Shown here in pieces: positions 24,823 through 38,327 of a stretch of DNA of 64,000 bases (position 1 is its first letter; every line of letters starts with the position of its first letter). The stretch is from Adineta vaga (Eukaryota > Animalia > Rotifera), in NCBI GenBank assembly GCA_021613535.1, contig CP075497.1, forward strand, positions 13,764,001 through 13,828,000, written 5' to 3'. The notes beneath the pieces were generated by a model that saw only the letters and a program-made list of their open reading frames with translations, had not been told where the DNA came from and searched no databases. Position numbers and translations under genes: made by a program.

Positions 24823-27190
24823 CCCTTTCAGGACCGGCTTATTTTGAGGAAAAAATACAGTTATAATGTTCTTTAAAATGCTTTATTTTTGTGAGATGTA
24901 TCAAAAAGAGCATCAAAAAGCTTTCAAAGTGTGATATTCTTTGAAACAAGTAGGATTGCACAGTGGAACATCACAGTCCGGACAATAAAACCTTGTAACA
25001 CTCCGTTTTTTCTCCCGCTTGACTGAATGACTGCAGACGAAACAGCGTTTCTTGACATTAGTGCCAGGAATAAAAGCGATGAAATGACGAGCAGAGAGGC
25101 GTAGCGGACAATCGATTGGTGGTCTTCCTTTCGTCTGTGGCCGCATTGATCCATATTCTTCAATGTGTTCTCGAGCAAGTTCAAGACGAAATTCCGAAAG
25201 TTCGAGATTTTTGTGGGTTTTTATCTTGTACATGGCATAAGAGTTCTGCGCAGTGATATCAAATAAATGAAAAAACAATTTCTTGTACCATTTGATTGTT
25301 TTTCTTAGACATTCTGAGAAACTGGTTTGCATGTCCACTTGGTCCACTGCTCCCATATTTTTGTTATATTGTACAATACAATGAGGTTTCTTGATTTTTT
25401 GGCCTGCTTCTCTATCATTCTTACCAGTTTCTACCATGACAGGTTTGTGCGCGGTAGTAAGCATGTGCACCTCTCTTTTGTCCATCCATTTGAGTGCTAA
25501 AAGTTCACCAGTTGTTCGATATTCCTGTTGACCCTTTGCCAGCTTTCCAAACATTGGCATCCCATTTCTTGTTCTTTTCACAGTTCCACAAGATTTCGTT
25601 TTCTCCTCCAGTAATCTTTCAAATAATGTTGGGCTGGAATACCAATTATCAATGAAGAGTGTATGATTTTTCTTCAAATAATTTTTCATCAATGTTAGTA
25701 CTACTGAACCTGATATTCCAACCTCGGGATAATTGTCAATTTCTGTTTCTGCTCCAGTGTAAACGATGAAGTTCAGAACGAATTTGGTCTCACAGTCGCA
25801 TAACAGGAAGAGCTTTACACCAAAACGATGTCTTTTCGACGGAATGTATTGCTTAAAACTGAGGCGACCTTTCCAAAGCATCAGGCTCTCATCAATCCAC
25901 AAATTTTCCCATGGAATTATTGCTTTTCCAAATTTCTTTTTCAAATTTTCGATAATTGGGTGGATCTTTCGTAGTTTGCCTTCTTGCTCTGTGTTATTAT
26001 CAGCAAAGTGAAGATATCGCAGAACAGAAAGATACCTGTTCCTTGTGAAAAGCTCGCCGAAAATTGGTGTTGTTATCAGCTTATCCGTTGACCAATAATC
26101 TTTTATGCGATTCTTTTGATTTAATCCCATCAAAATAGTGGTAGCGAAAAAGATATACATTTCTTCCACATTAGTGTCGTACCAGGCGGCAGTTTTTTCA
26201 ATATTTGGTGTTGCATTTTGTTGTTGATAATTGTTAGTTTCTTCAACAATTATTTCCATTAGCTCGTTGTCAAAAAAAGCTTTGAAATAGTCAGATGGAT
26301 TGTTTCCTTCGATTTCAAATTCTTCGTTGACACCTGATGCTTTATCGGAAAATTTCAAGTCCTTGAGTTTGAAGCCACACTGACTCCACTTTCTGGGAGC
26401 ACGTTTTTTCCGAATAGTCGGTGATGCAATGTCCTTTTCTTCATCTTCTTCACTGGTTGAGGACATATGTAAATCGTCAAATTCTGTTGCTAAGTCTGAT
26501 TCCGAATCGTCGAAAACTTCGTCGATTTCCATTGGATTGAGCTTCTTTTTTCTTGAAGTTGCCATATGTAAATGAAACCTGTTAGTTAGCGTTTTACTAA
26601 TCGAAATAATTATGTATATATAATATTTGATATATAATATATGTTACTTCTGCTTTTATTATAGAAAATCAACAACTATATATACGATTTGAAAAGTTCA
26701 ACTAGAAGCGAAAAGAAGAATCTATGTGACGTGATGGAAAATCAGTTGACAGAGTACATTTGATCAGATGGAAGAGCATATGATGTCATCATATGTTCAT
26801 ATGGTAGATAACACTGTACACATGACGTCATGTATATATGTACGCAAAAGAACGAAAAAAGATATATGATGACGTCATGGCAACAATGGTAATAGTACAT
26901 ATATGAAGACATTGCATAGCAAACTGATAAAGTACGAATTGTGAACTCTTTATGTATCTAATTTTTTTGTCAGTATCTCTTTATAACTATCTAATAGATG
27001 ATGAACGAGAGGAAAAAATCCATGAAGTATAAATGAGAATAAGAAAAAAGAAAATACTAATAATAACACGGACGTTTAAAACAACATCCACAATATTTAC
27101 TTCAAAGAAACACGAAAAAGGTCGAATTTTTACACACAAGACCACATGACAGCTCAATGGCACTTTAAAGTGCCACCGGTCCCGAAAGGG
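24823..27190 (-). mobile_element. Full-length piggyBac transposon (2368 bp)
   Basis: TTAA target duplications at 24819-24822 and 27191-27194; 15-bp TIRs CCCTTTC(A/G)GGACCGG; intact transposase. Confidence 0.96.
24913..26565 (-). CDS. piggyBac transposase, 550 aa
   Basis: Acidic N-terminus, DDD triad (WIDESL, FIDNWY, GAVDQVD), KWYKKLFF, and a C-terminal Cys-rich domain (CFVC...CPDCDVPLC...CF..YH). Confidence 0.96.
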   Translation of the reverse strand: MATSRKKKLNPMEIDEVFDDSESDLATEFDDLHMSSTSEEDEEKDIASPTIRKKRAPRKWSQCGFKLKDLKFSDKASGVNEEFEIEGNNPSDYFKAFFDNELMEIIVEETNNYQQQNATPNIEKTAAWYDTNVEEMYIFFATTILMGLNQKNRIKDYWSTDKLITTPIFGELFTRNRYLSVLRYLHFADNNTEQEGKLRKIHPIIENLKKKFGKAIIPWENLWIDESLMLWKGRLSFKQYIPSKRHRFGVKLFLLCDCETKFVLNFIVYTGAETEIDNYPEVGISGSVVLTLMKNYLKKNHTLFIDNWYSSPTLFERLLEEKTKSCGTVKRTRNGMPMFGKLAKGQQEYRTTGELLALKWMDKREVHMLTTAHKPVMVETGKNDREAGQKIKKPHCIVQYNKNMGAVDQVDMQTSFSECLRKTIKWYKKLFFHLFDITAQNSYAMYKIKTHKNLELSEFRLELAREHIEEYGSMRPQTKGRPPIDCPLRLSARHFIAFIPGTNVKKRCFVCSHSVKREKKRSVTRFYCPDCDVPLCNPTCFKEYHTLKAF

Positions 27191-27740
27191 TTAATCAACT
27201 TTGGATTCATTGTAATTTCTCAATGTTATGCCAGAAACATGGAAGAGAGTAACGAAGCAATGATAGGTAGAAATAGCCTTCGATCAATTGCTTTACGTCA
27301 TCTGTTTTCTCGTTATGAAGCAATTAAACGCGTGGCTTCTCTCAAAAGAGGTAAGTGATTCTAAACCGTTTCTCTGCAATGTAAATATAGTTTGATGTTT
27401 GTTTAGTTTTTGACTTGGCTAGCAGGTCAGCATGCTTCTAGAAATGAACATAAAAAACCTTTATAACATTTGTTGCCACTAAAAGTAATTAAGATTTTCC
27501 GTTCACATCTGAGAAATTTCGTTGATTTTACTTAGAGTAGACCAAAAGCTCGTGTCCTGTGATTTAAAACTTTATAGAAAAGAAAATATTAAATATTTTA
27601 CTATATGAATACATAATATAACATCTCGTCTTGATTAATCTATAGAGAATATTCATCTTGGGTTTGAGTATAACATCCTACTATAGACTATGATTATAAT
27701 TTAATGAATATCTTTAGATTTAACTATGCTTTGACGAATG

Positions 27741-28496
27741 TTCTGGTATATTCTGAAACTGTTCACATTATATTTATTTCTCACTTTATCTGCTCATATT
27801 TAATGACATCATGTTCTAGAGCATCACATTTCGATAATATATCGGGTACAACATAAAAAATGATACCATTAGTATTTTCTCATTTCATTGACCTTCGTTC
27901 ATTATGGAAATGCCGGTTCAGTTTCAAAAGATGCGCTGTTAAATTCTCCACAAGATAGTGTGTCTACCACCCCAATCACATGCTTCTTTAGTTTCTCAAG
28001 ATTGATGCAACTTTTCAAAATGCTCATTTTTCATAATATTGTGCACTACTACCAGTTGTATTTTTAACTTTAGTTTCATACGGATATTCTTTCAAGCTTC
28101 GTTGCAGTAATTTATGGAATAAAGTTCATCACGGCAGGCGCTACGTTAATGTTAAAGTTGAATATACAGTCCTTACTCAATTAAAAAGCAACCAAAAGTA
28201 TTATGAAAAATGAACATTTTGGAAAGTTGCATCAATCTTGAGAAACTAAAGAAGCATGTGATTGGGGTGGTAGACACACTATCTTGTGGAGAATTTAACA
28301 GCGCATCTTTTGAAACTGAACCGGCATTTCCATAATGAACGAAGGTCAATGAAATGAGAAAATACTAATGGTATCTTTTTTTATGTTGTACCCGATATAT
28401 TATCGAAATGTGATGCTCTAGAACATGATGTCATTAAATATGAGCAGATAAAGTGAGAAATAAATATAATGTGAACAGTTTCAAAATATACGAGAA
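27741..28496. mobile_element. Foldback/MITE-like element with ~298-bp inverted arms and a ~160-bp spacer
   Basis: 27741-28038 is the near-perfect reverse complement of 28199-28496; no clear TSD or ORF. Confidence 0.8.
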
Positions 28497-28519
28497 AAGG
28501 AAAATTCAATAGATTTTTC

Positions 28520-28926
28520 TATAATAGTAGCTGATTTATCTCATTCATCATATCAATTCAATGTTCTTCACCATCTCTCAACTATATCACCTTATTTTGA
28601 ATCGAATTCTAATGAATTAAATTCAAATCCTTCATTAGGTTGTAAAGTTAATAAAGCAATTTATTTAATTCGGCATGGATCTATTTATGTAAGTTATTAT
28701 GATTATAAATATGTAATTGAACCATTTTTAAAACGATTAAATTCTTTATTAAATCAAATAAATTTTTCTCAATCAAAAGAATTATCTTTTTTATCAAGAT
28801 GGAAATCTCCATTTACAAATAAGAGTGAACAAATAGAAAAATTAACAATATTCGGTCGTCTTGAGGCATTTAATCTCGGTATTCGATTAGCATCTCGTTA
28901 TCCCAATGAAAAAATTACTAAATCAT
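28520..28926 (+). pseudogene. Histidine acid phosphatase/phytase N-terminal fragment, truncated by a telomeric tract
   Basis: Not in the ORF track. Reads QFNVLHHLSTISPYF...GCKVNKAIYLIRHGSIY...DYKYVIEPFL...EKLTIFGRLEAFNLGIRLASRYP, with RHG at 28671-28679. Confidence 0.75.
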
Positions 28927-28940
28927 TGAGGGTGTGGGTG
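28927..28940 (+). repeat. Telomere-type tract TGAGGGTGTGGGTG
   Basis: Directly visible; identical to the start of the tract at 60253. Confidence 0.8.
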
Positions 28941-28947
28941 TTCTAGC

Positions 28948-28992
28948 AGCCATGACGCGTTTCGAACCCGCTACGGTTCTCATCAGATGGCT
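28948..28992 (-). ncRNA. Intact minimal type-I hammerhead ribozyme
   Basis: Minus strand: AGCCAT-CTGATGA-GAACC-GTAGCG-GGTTC-GAAA-CGCG-TC-ATGGCT. Perfect core, stems I and II, palindromic ACGCGT stem III, and a GUC cleavage triplet. Confidence 0.9.
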
Positions 28993-29705
28993 TCTCAATG
29001 AAAAAAGATCAGAACTAGATTATTTTCAACTTAAAAAAGTCAAAAACAATCCAATTCAATCATTCTTAAACTAGGTTCAATGTTAGCTCTGCTTAGAAGT
29101 TAGACTAAGTGTATGAGTTTGAACAAATCAGACCTTAGTTTTGTATTGATTGATGCTGTTTTATGGTGTAGTCCGTTTGTTGCTGAGAATTTGGATGGAT
29201 GCTGTCATTTGAACTCTGGCTGTTGGTTTGGATGGCGTTATTCAGTTTGCTTGGAGTATTTGATGTAATTTGATGATGGATGATTGTAAAGGATTTATTT
29301 TATGGTACTTTTATGTTCTTTGCGAGACTAGTTTATTTTTTTTTTTTGTAACTTGCAGTTCTTTATCGTTGATCTCAATTGATTCTTGATCAAAGACTAG
29401 CATCCTATGAATGTTTGTTATATTCAAAATATAGAATGAAACGTTATATACTGTTTTTTATTGTAGATTCCGCTGGCTTGTGAGTGTCTGGATACACTAG
29501 AAAACGATATATTCTCATAATCCATGGATGTATGTTGAGTTTTGATATTGGTATATCGAGAATTCAAAAACATGTGAATATTTTCTTCATAGTTTTTTTT
29601 CATGCATTCTATACATATTGGTCACGTACAAAGCGAAGAAGATTTTTGATCAATGTATAGAAAGAAGAAACAGAACATTTGTTCTGGAAAAAATACCAAA
29701 GGAAA

Positions 29706-30103
29706 CCCAGGTCGAAATGGGTACATCGGATCCTACCGGACGGATGCAAAATCCGTTGTGATCTGGATGATCGGATCCAGTCGGATATTCCTTGTCGGAT
29801 TCCGATGTAATCCGCCGTTTGCCTTTGATATCCGATGATCGGATACGACGGGTTCCAATCGGATCCATGCAACTGGAACCGCCCGAATCCGATCACAGGA
29901 TCTGATCATTTCCGATCTTATTCCACATAATCCGATCATCAGAAATAATCGGAATTGACAGGTTCTCATCGACAGGATTCCGTGATAAAACCATCCATTG
30001 ACTGCTATCGGAACTGGTCGGATCATACAAGTACTTAGGATTTCCGTTCATTGGATTTTTTCATGTAACATGAACATAGATCCGATCGGAATCGGTGACT
30101 GGG
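29706..30103. repeat. Subterminal repeat block, CCCAG...CTGGG (may itself be a MITE)
   Basis: GC-rich block of GATCCG/TCGGA motifs in both orientations, bounded by CCCAGGTC and GACTGGG. Confidence 0.65.
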
Positions 30104-31266
30104 TTTACATCGGAAATAATCAGAAAACTGTGTATGCAGCTAAACGATGTGGCCAACATACTGTTGAAGAATTAATCTTTCACTCTTAAATTGAAAACTC
30201 ATTTAGCTATGTCCTATCGAGTGAAATTCAACAACTAATTGAAATGATAATATTTCTATTCGAAAGATAGAAACAAATTAGATTTGATTGACGACAGATG
30301 GTGGGTCTATGTCAAGAAATATTTAGTGCGTGTCAATAAAAATAAGACAAAATATACTGTTAAAATTAAATAAACCTTTGTGCAATGATGACGTGAAGAA
30401 AATTGATTTTTTCATCGGAAAAAATCTAATAATTGTCTATAATTTAAACAAAAGAAATTCAATTTGTTTTATGTCAATACAAGTCATATTGCTTTTTCTC
30501 TCTTCATAATCCTGCTATTACTATACAGCGAGATAAATCAACAAAACTTCTTCCCAATTGCCATTAAATCATTAGAAATTAATCTGAATTAACTAATAAT
30601 ATTAATAATTTAAAATATATTAAAAACTAATAAAAACAAGACGAAATCTTATATTAATTTTAGGAGAGAAGATTAACATCCGATAAAAATGGTGTTTATA
30701 TTTAACTTATAAAATGCATTTCTAATGAATATGTAATCAAACAAATAATGTTTTTTAATCGTTCTGAAAATTGTTCTTAAGCCTCATACTGGATAATTAT
30801 GAATTGACTGTCGCTAAAAAATATGATCAAGACGGTGTATTTGAATTATATTCGAGCACATTGTTTTTTGCACTACAGATTGGTGTCGCCCATTGTAAAG
30901 TTTTACAGATTATTTCTTTGATAATTCATGATAAGAAAATTTCAGCTATTATTGTATTGATTTCTAACAGGAGATTTGAAAAAATACAATATTTATGTAA
31001 GGATTTTCTATATTAACAGTTTTTATTCAAGATACGTTCGTTTCAGCTAAGGACATCTGTACACCGTCTATTGATTGTAAGATATGTTTTCTTTGAAATT
31101 TGGAAATGTTCCATATGTTTCTACAACGAAAAGTTCGAGATTTTCCGTGCTAACTTGAATATTTTTTTAAAAATTTATTATAATCTTTTAAACATTATTA
31201 TATTAATAATAAAGTAGTTTTAATTTAGAGTATTGTTTAGCTAAAAGATTTTATCGTATTATCTGC

Positions 31267-34200
31267 ATGGATTTTGATTTCAGCGAAGCTCTTGATTTTG
31301 TTACAAGCAGAAATTCAAAGAGATCAATAATAAATAATGAAAGAAAAATGAAAAAACGAAAACTTCATTATGAACAAACACCAAATGATAATGAATTACC
31401 GGATGTTATTTCCTCATTTACACCTGATACCGATGTACAAAATAAAATTACAACAAATGTAGAGAATGATTATTTATTAGAAAACCAAATGAATGAAAAT
31501 CTTATGGAATATGAAGACAATCTTAACGATTCTTATCAAATGGAAAATCTCAATATCAATGATACTCATATTATTGGTGATTTATCCGATGGTTTAGAGT
31601 GCTGTGATGATCTTAATATTGATTCCAAAAATTTATTACATAATTACACGAATATGTCAACTAAAGAATTTTGTTCAAACTTATTGAATTTACTACGAAA
31701 ATCGAATATATGTAAATCACATGCAAATCATTTGTTATCATTTATTTCTTCAACACTTCCATTACCGAATAATGTACCAAAGAATATGGAGAACCTGATA
31801 ACACGATTAGAAATTGAAAATAATACTTTAAAAAAACGTATTTTATGTACCAGTTGTAATAGTAATTTATCATGTGATAAAAAATGTTGTGTCAAATGTC
31901 AATCTAGTAATTCTAAAACATTTGCATATATCTATGATATGAATATTGAAGAATATATTAAAAGCATTTATACACGATTGAAGGTAGAAATAAATGAGTA
32001 TCAACATGAACTTCGAATTATGAATGATAAAAACAAAACTAATGATATAGGATTCAACAATGTTTATCAACAGCTATTGAAAAATAATCCCAATGTTAAT
32101 TTCATTACATTTCTATTACATCTTGATGGCATTAAATTATCGAAATCATCTAATATGAAGATGTGGTTGTTCTCTGGATCAATAATTGAATTAAGACCTC
32201 AATTACGAGATAATCGTTATAATAATGTATTATTTTCGTTTTGGTTTAGCTATAAAGAACCTGTTGCAAGAATATGGTTAGACAACTGCAGAGATACGAT
32301 TAAATTGATAAAAACAAAAGGTAATATAGACATACATATATAATTTGAGCACTTGTTTTCAGATTTAATGATTGAATGCATTGCTTTCAAAAAAATCTAC
32401 AGTACAATATGTTGTATTTGATTCATTCTTTTAATCTTCGATGAAAATATAATAGTACAAATATCGTTATGAGAATATATGCTTCTTTTCTTAGATTGTA
32501 TGTACATATGTATAGACTGAATAAACGATTATTAGGAGTAAAAAATCAGAAACAAAGAATGATTAACTCGTGTTTAGTTCATATAAAATATACTGAAAAA
32601 ATAGAAGATTTTGTTATTATTTATATATATGAATAGATAATAAGTATTCAGTATTAATCGAATAATAAGACAAAAATTAGATAGATTTCAAGGATATTAA
32701 TAAGAATTCAGATGTGTGTGAAATAATAATCGTTCTGAATGAGTTCATTTTCTTATTCGTTTGTACTTGTTTAGACGTTTAAATTATTTATTTAGAATCA
32801 GATGGAAATTAATTAATTATCGAGCTTCATAGTGTGGTATTTGATATGATGGAGCTTGCAACATTTTTCTTTTATTTTTTTTAGGAATATTAATAAATGA
32901 AAATCATCGAATTGAAGTTAAATTTCTTGCTATTACTGGAGATTCACCAGCTTTGAGCAAAATACTTCATTTTAATGGACATAATGGTTACTATTGTTGT
33001 CACTTTTGTTATATCCGTGGGATTAATATTAAAAAAAAAAGGCAATACTTTTATGAAAAAAAATTATTTTTACGTAATCCAGAAAAATATCACAAACAAT
33101 CTGAAGACGCTGAATCTTCAAAAGAAATCGTATATGGACATAAAGGTCAATTGTTTGGTACAAACATTCATTCTAAGGCATCATCTTGAAAAATATTCAC
33201 TGATAATAATTGAATTTGTTGAGACATAGTTCAAATGGTCGTATAAAGATTATGAGGTTGTAAAGATATTTAAACATAGAAATCTAAATCTTTCTCTATA
33301 CAATCTATATATAGATCTAATATTTAATGAAAAATATCCTTGTAGATTTTGCTCACTAAATTTAAACTACAATATTTCTCTGAATTACTTTTAAAGTTTA
33401 TTAAAAAGCTGTTAGAAGTAGATCTATCGAAGAAAAGCAGATTTAACTGTCTTATTTAAATCATACAAATTTTCTTTATTATAGGAATTTCAATTCTACA
33501 AGATATACTTGATATATCATTACCGTATAGTATTCTGATTGATTACCAACATGTTACGTTACTACGTCACACTAAGACTGTTTTGAACGAGATCTACAAA
33601 CTGCTTAAACCATCAAAACGTGAACAACTCAATAATAAATTAAGATTGCAATCCTTTCCACATTTCTTTCATCGTAAAATGAAGCCTTTTACAGAGTTTG
33701 CTTTTATAAAAGCAACAGAATTAAGAAATATTTTGTACTACGGATGTCTGCCTTCATTATTGGGTCTTATTGATATTGAGAGACTTGCTCACTTTGCTTT
33801 ATTTGTTTGTTCTATACGATTGTATCATTTACAGCCTTCAATGTTTGATAATCAAACACAAACGATAGCTGATGCATTGTTTGATCAATATTACAAAGAT
33901 CATGAATTATTTTATACTGGTATTCAAAATTTTGTATTGCATTTACATCGGCATTTTGGTGCACAATATCGCAATTATGGTTCATTAGCAAATATTGGTT
34001 GTTTTCATCAAGAAGACCTCATCGGTCATATAAGTAAAAATATTCATGGTTCTAATTATTATTCTGATCTTATAGTACATTATTATTCTATTGATTTTCA
34101 TTTGTATGCACAAACTGCTCATGCAAAATTTACAACAATTTCAAAACCTATAGATCTCAATGTTGATATTAATCTTAATAATTATCCTATTGTTACACAA

Positions 34201-34647
34201 TATCACGACAAAATATGCACATGTTTAAATCCTTTAAGTTGTGTTTCTATTTATCGACGATTTCTTATTCGTAATAACATGTTTCATTCATTAATCTATA
34301 ACAAAAGAGGAAAATCCAATAGTTACTTTGTATCTTACTACAAATCATCAAATGATCATAATCAACATTTTGGAAGAATTAAATTATTTTTTACATTTTC
34401 TAACAGTAATTATGCCCTTCTTCAACGTTACATACAAGATGATAACTTTAGTTCACTATTTGAAACATCATCATATTTCTCTTTATTAGAAAAACCATTA
34501 GATAAATTTTTTAGTTTGTTGTCTAAAGAATCATCTGATCTAATTGATATTATCGATGTCAATAATATTCTGAAACATTGTATTACATTTGAATTTCATC
34601 AACAATTAATTGTAACAGAAGTATCTGCATACCATGAGCACGACTGA
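31267..34647 (+). CDS. EnSpm/CACTA-like transposase, 3 exons (31267-32320, 32885-33145, 33485-34647), about 825 aa
   Basis: GT-AG introns keep the frame. Motifs: CxxC zinc finger, LHLDGIKLSKSS..MWL, GDSPA.S.IL.F.GHNGYYCCHFC, DYQH, KATELRNILYY, LHLHRH...YG.L...CF..E. Confidence 0.88.
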
Positions 34648-35129
34648 AAGTATTTTTTTATGTTATGAACTTTTTATTTCATCTATTTGAAAAAAAAAAT
34701 AAAAGTAGAAAACTATATTATAGAAATCACGTTTCATTATGCGAGAAGAATTCTTTCCAATTCTTTATGCATTCTTTTTACTTTCGAATCATTGGATGTA
34801 CATGATTATATTATGTTTATGCATCATTTTAGCCAGTTTAAACCTGAAACGCTTTTCTATATAGCTAAAGCACCGATAATATAAACACGTGTATGTATAC
34901 ATTAATACCTCGTAATAAAGGAGAAGGGAGAACAGAAAAGAGAAAAAAGAAAAAAAGGAAAAACCCTATCACGTTGGGATGTTAATATATAATACTGTGT
35001 TAAAACGGATCCATGGACGTGTATAACGTTTAAGCTATTTAAAATAGGAAATCAAATAAATCTTATTAAAATTTCATTCTATTTTATATCTACTTAGATT
35101 GTTTTTAAACTCTTCTGATTAATAAAAAA

Positions 35130-37398
35130 ATGCTTCGATCTCCTCGTGTAAAAAATGCACCTCACAAGTATTCACCATCACAACCAACTCTATACAGTCA
35201 AGAAAATTATTTATTACGTTTTGAAGATAATAATGAATTAGTTGTTGTTAAACGTTCAAGTATTAGATCAATCATTGAAGATAAAGCAATTGTTGGGACA
35301 GGTTCGAAACGTCGATTTGCAACAATTGAAGCTAAAGGTAAGAGATGGATTTTATCATTCTGAAAAAAGTCAGTGGTAATATTGAATTATACGAAAAATT
35401 AAATATTAAGTTGCATCGTACTCATATGCCTATATTAAATTATATTTAAAAAGTAATATTCGCACAATTTCTAAGCTAGATTTTTAAATTCTTATGTCAC
35501 GCACGTGTTTTTATTCTATTGAAAATCATAATAAATTAATAGAACTTTTTATTTTGATCATAGGTACATATACTGAATGTAATAATATGTATGAATATTT
35601 AAAAGGAGAAGAAGAAAATGATGATAATGATGAAGAAAGTAATAGTTTTTATATCATTTTGCTTGATTACATCACAAGCATTATGATTTTTTTCTAATGA
35701 TAATCCAATATTTGCATTCAATTCTTTAGATCAAATCAATGATCAAGAAGAGGAAGATGATGATCAAATGAATGAAAGTAAGAGTCCAGATGCAATACCC
35801 AGTATGTTGATGTTTCTTAAACAAATGATAATAATAATTTTTTCCATTTCCTTTATATAGAAGAACCAATTGTAACAAAAAAAAGAAAACTCTCTTCATT
35901 GATAGTCGAAGATAATGATGGTAAATATATTGAAGAAGGTATTTCTTTGGAGAAAAGATTTATATTAAATATAATTTGTTTCGAGTAGAAAATAAAATTT
36001 ATAATGACAAAACAGTTATATATGTACTTTAAATAAGAAATAAATTTGTAAAGAATATTATTTTAATTCTCTTGTAGAAAACATCACTAGTTCCAAAACA
36101 CAAAAAGATGTATCAAAGAAAAAAACAAGTAAATGTTTTCATGATGATTTTAAATATAAATATAATGTACTTCATTTAGAATCTGATCGTTTATCTGATA
36201 ATTCTATTGTTCGAAGTAAAACTGTCATTTAATTATATGCATTAATATAGTCATAATTTACATTTTAGATGACGTTTTAGTCAATCAGAATCAGAATAAT
36301 GAAGAAAATGAAACTATACAAAGTATGTGTAACTATTCAAGCTGGATTGTCAATCATAATGTTATTATTTAATCATTTTAAAGCTAATACTATTGGATTT
36401 ATTTTTTGGAATTGTTTTGTATATTTTCTAGCTCGATTGATGTATCAAACAATTGATGACATGCATCAGACGATTTTACAAAGAATGGAAAAGAAATTTT
36501 CTAATTTTACCAGAAAGTTAGATCAGTTAATTCCTTGTGCAGTAAATAATACACAATCGTGAGACTGCTGAATTCAATATATTTTTGTTACTTTAGGTGT
36601 ATCAAAATTTGGATAGTTATCGAGAGAAAAACGAAGTTTTTCCTACTACAATCGTAAGGGTTCTTTTATATTTGTTTTTTAATGATGAATTATCCTGTTT
36701 CTTTTAGATGTATAAAGATAAAAATCTTTTAGAGAGTCGAGGGAGAGATATCTATGATTTCGGAAGACAGGTGTTAGGAGTTTTATATACACCAGAAGAA
36801 TTAAGTTCTTCTATTTTACCACCTGATAGAAGTCATTTAGCACGACCAGCGTTGGATCCTCAACGTTTTGGAATATTTCATGGTATGTAGTTTCAATTGA
36901 ATATGAGAGCATTTTTAAACAAAAATATTCAAAATACATAGAATTCAATGCAAAAAAAGTCCATGAGAAGAGTAATTTTAATAGATTATCTTATAGTTAC
37001 TAACTGATTTAGTTCTCAAAAATTGCGTTTAACGAATATTTTCATTAAAAGTTTAACTAAAAGCGAATAAGATAATATTGTTTTAATTAGTTATTGGTTG
37101 TGGAAGGAATGACTTTACTTAATTCAATACGGTTTCAGGAGATTTAAATATTCGCTATATTCTATGTTACAAATCGCAAATGTATTAATAAAGATTGTTA
37201 ATTGTGAACGTCTTTTTTTCTATAGAAGCTGTTCGAGTTAAATACAGAATATCTGTCCTACATTATGATACTTGCTATTCTAAATTAATACGACCAAGAA
37301 TGTGTGATTTCCTAATTGACGAACGAAAAAGACAAAAAAAGGCACTGGCAAAAAAATTAATACAAATTCAAGAACAAAATATAAACAATGACATTTAA
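35130..37398 (+). CDS. Multi-exon transposon accessory protein with an acidic middle and a putative C-terminal BEN-like domain
   Basis: Many small GT-AG exons. The 3' exons read GRDIYDFGRQVLGVLYTPEELSSSILPP...ARPALDPQRFGIFH-EAVRVKY. Confidence 0.6.
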
Positions 37399-38327
37399 TG
37401 GTTTTCTTATATTCAATTATTATTGAGCTATTATTGATCTTCTTGGAAACTTTTCTTCTAGATAATCAAGAAGATCTGCTTGTATTAATATAAGCACTGC
37501 TCAATTATGTTGAATATGAATTTGATTTTCAAGTTTTTCCGTTTTTTTCTTTTTTTGTCTATCATTAACATATATTTTTAATCAAAGAAATCAACTCTTT
37601 TGGTAATTTAGGACAAGATATTGAATTGACTAACCAGTAGTTTATCATATAAATCAATAGAGAATTAAGCGAGCATGAATTATTTAACAATTTAAAGTAA
37701 ACTATAGGTTTTATATGGAAACAAATATTAGTTCAAATTGTCTCTTTGATCTATAAACTTTTTCTTTTTCTCATCTCAATGTTTACTTTGCCGATTATAC
37801 ATTTAGTCTTATTCTACATGAATTTTATTTTTAATATTGGTCAGATTAATAATACAATGAATTCGAGAATGAACCAGCAAAGAATCAACAGTTCAATACT
37901 GAGGTGAGGGAATAGAAGAAAAATATATAAACATAATGTTATCTCATATATTGATAATATTGCAAAATAACGAAATTAAAGTCTTGACTTTTTAAAAGTT
38001 TTATTTCTAAACTTGTAATGCTTTCTTTTCATAAAACAATCACTTCTGGAATGCAAATATTTTCAATAAATCTTATGTGAGTTTAAAAAAACATCTAATG
38101 ATGCATAATAAGAAAAGTACAATAGACATCACCATCGACGAATAAAGAAAAAAAAAGTAAAACAGGAATAATAACATAATGAATAGAAGAAGTTAGAAGA
38201 ACAATCTAATTTACATTGTGATCATTCTTCTAAGAAATTTCAATAAGAAAACCAATAGATATTGATAAGGATATAAAGTAGAAAAAGAAAAGCATTTCCA
38301 AATTTCAAAACATGAATAAAATCATTC

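Noticed and set aside
28995-29700. Residual Terminon ORF next to the 28.9-kb hammerhead
   Set aside because: Composition is compatible, but no convincing translatable motif was found, so the extent of the element is not called.
37900-37910. TGAGGTGAGGG telomere-like motif
   Set aside because: Too short, with no adjacent hammerhead or visible junction.
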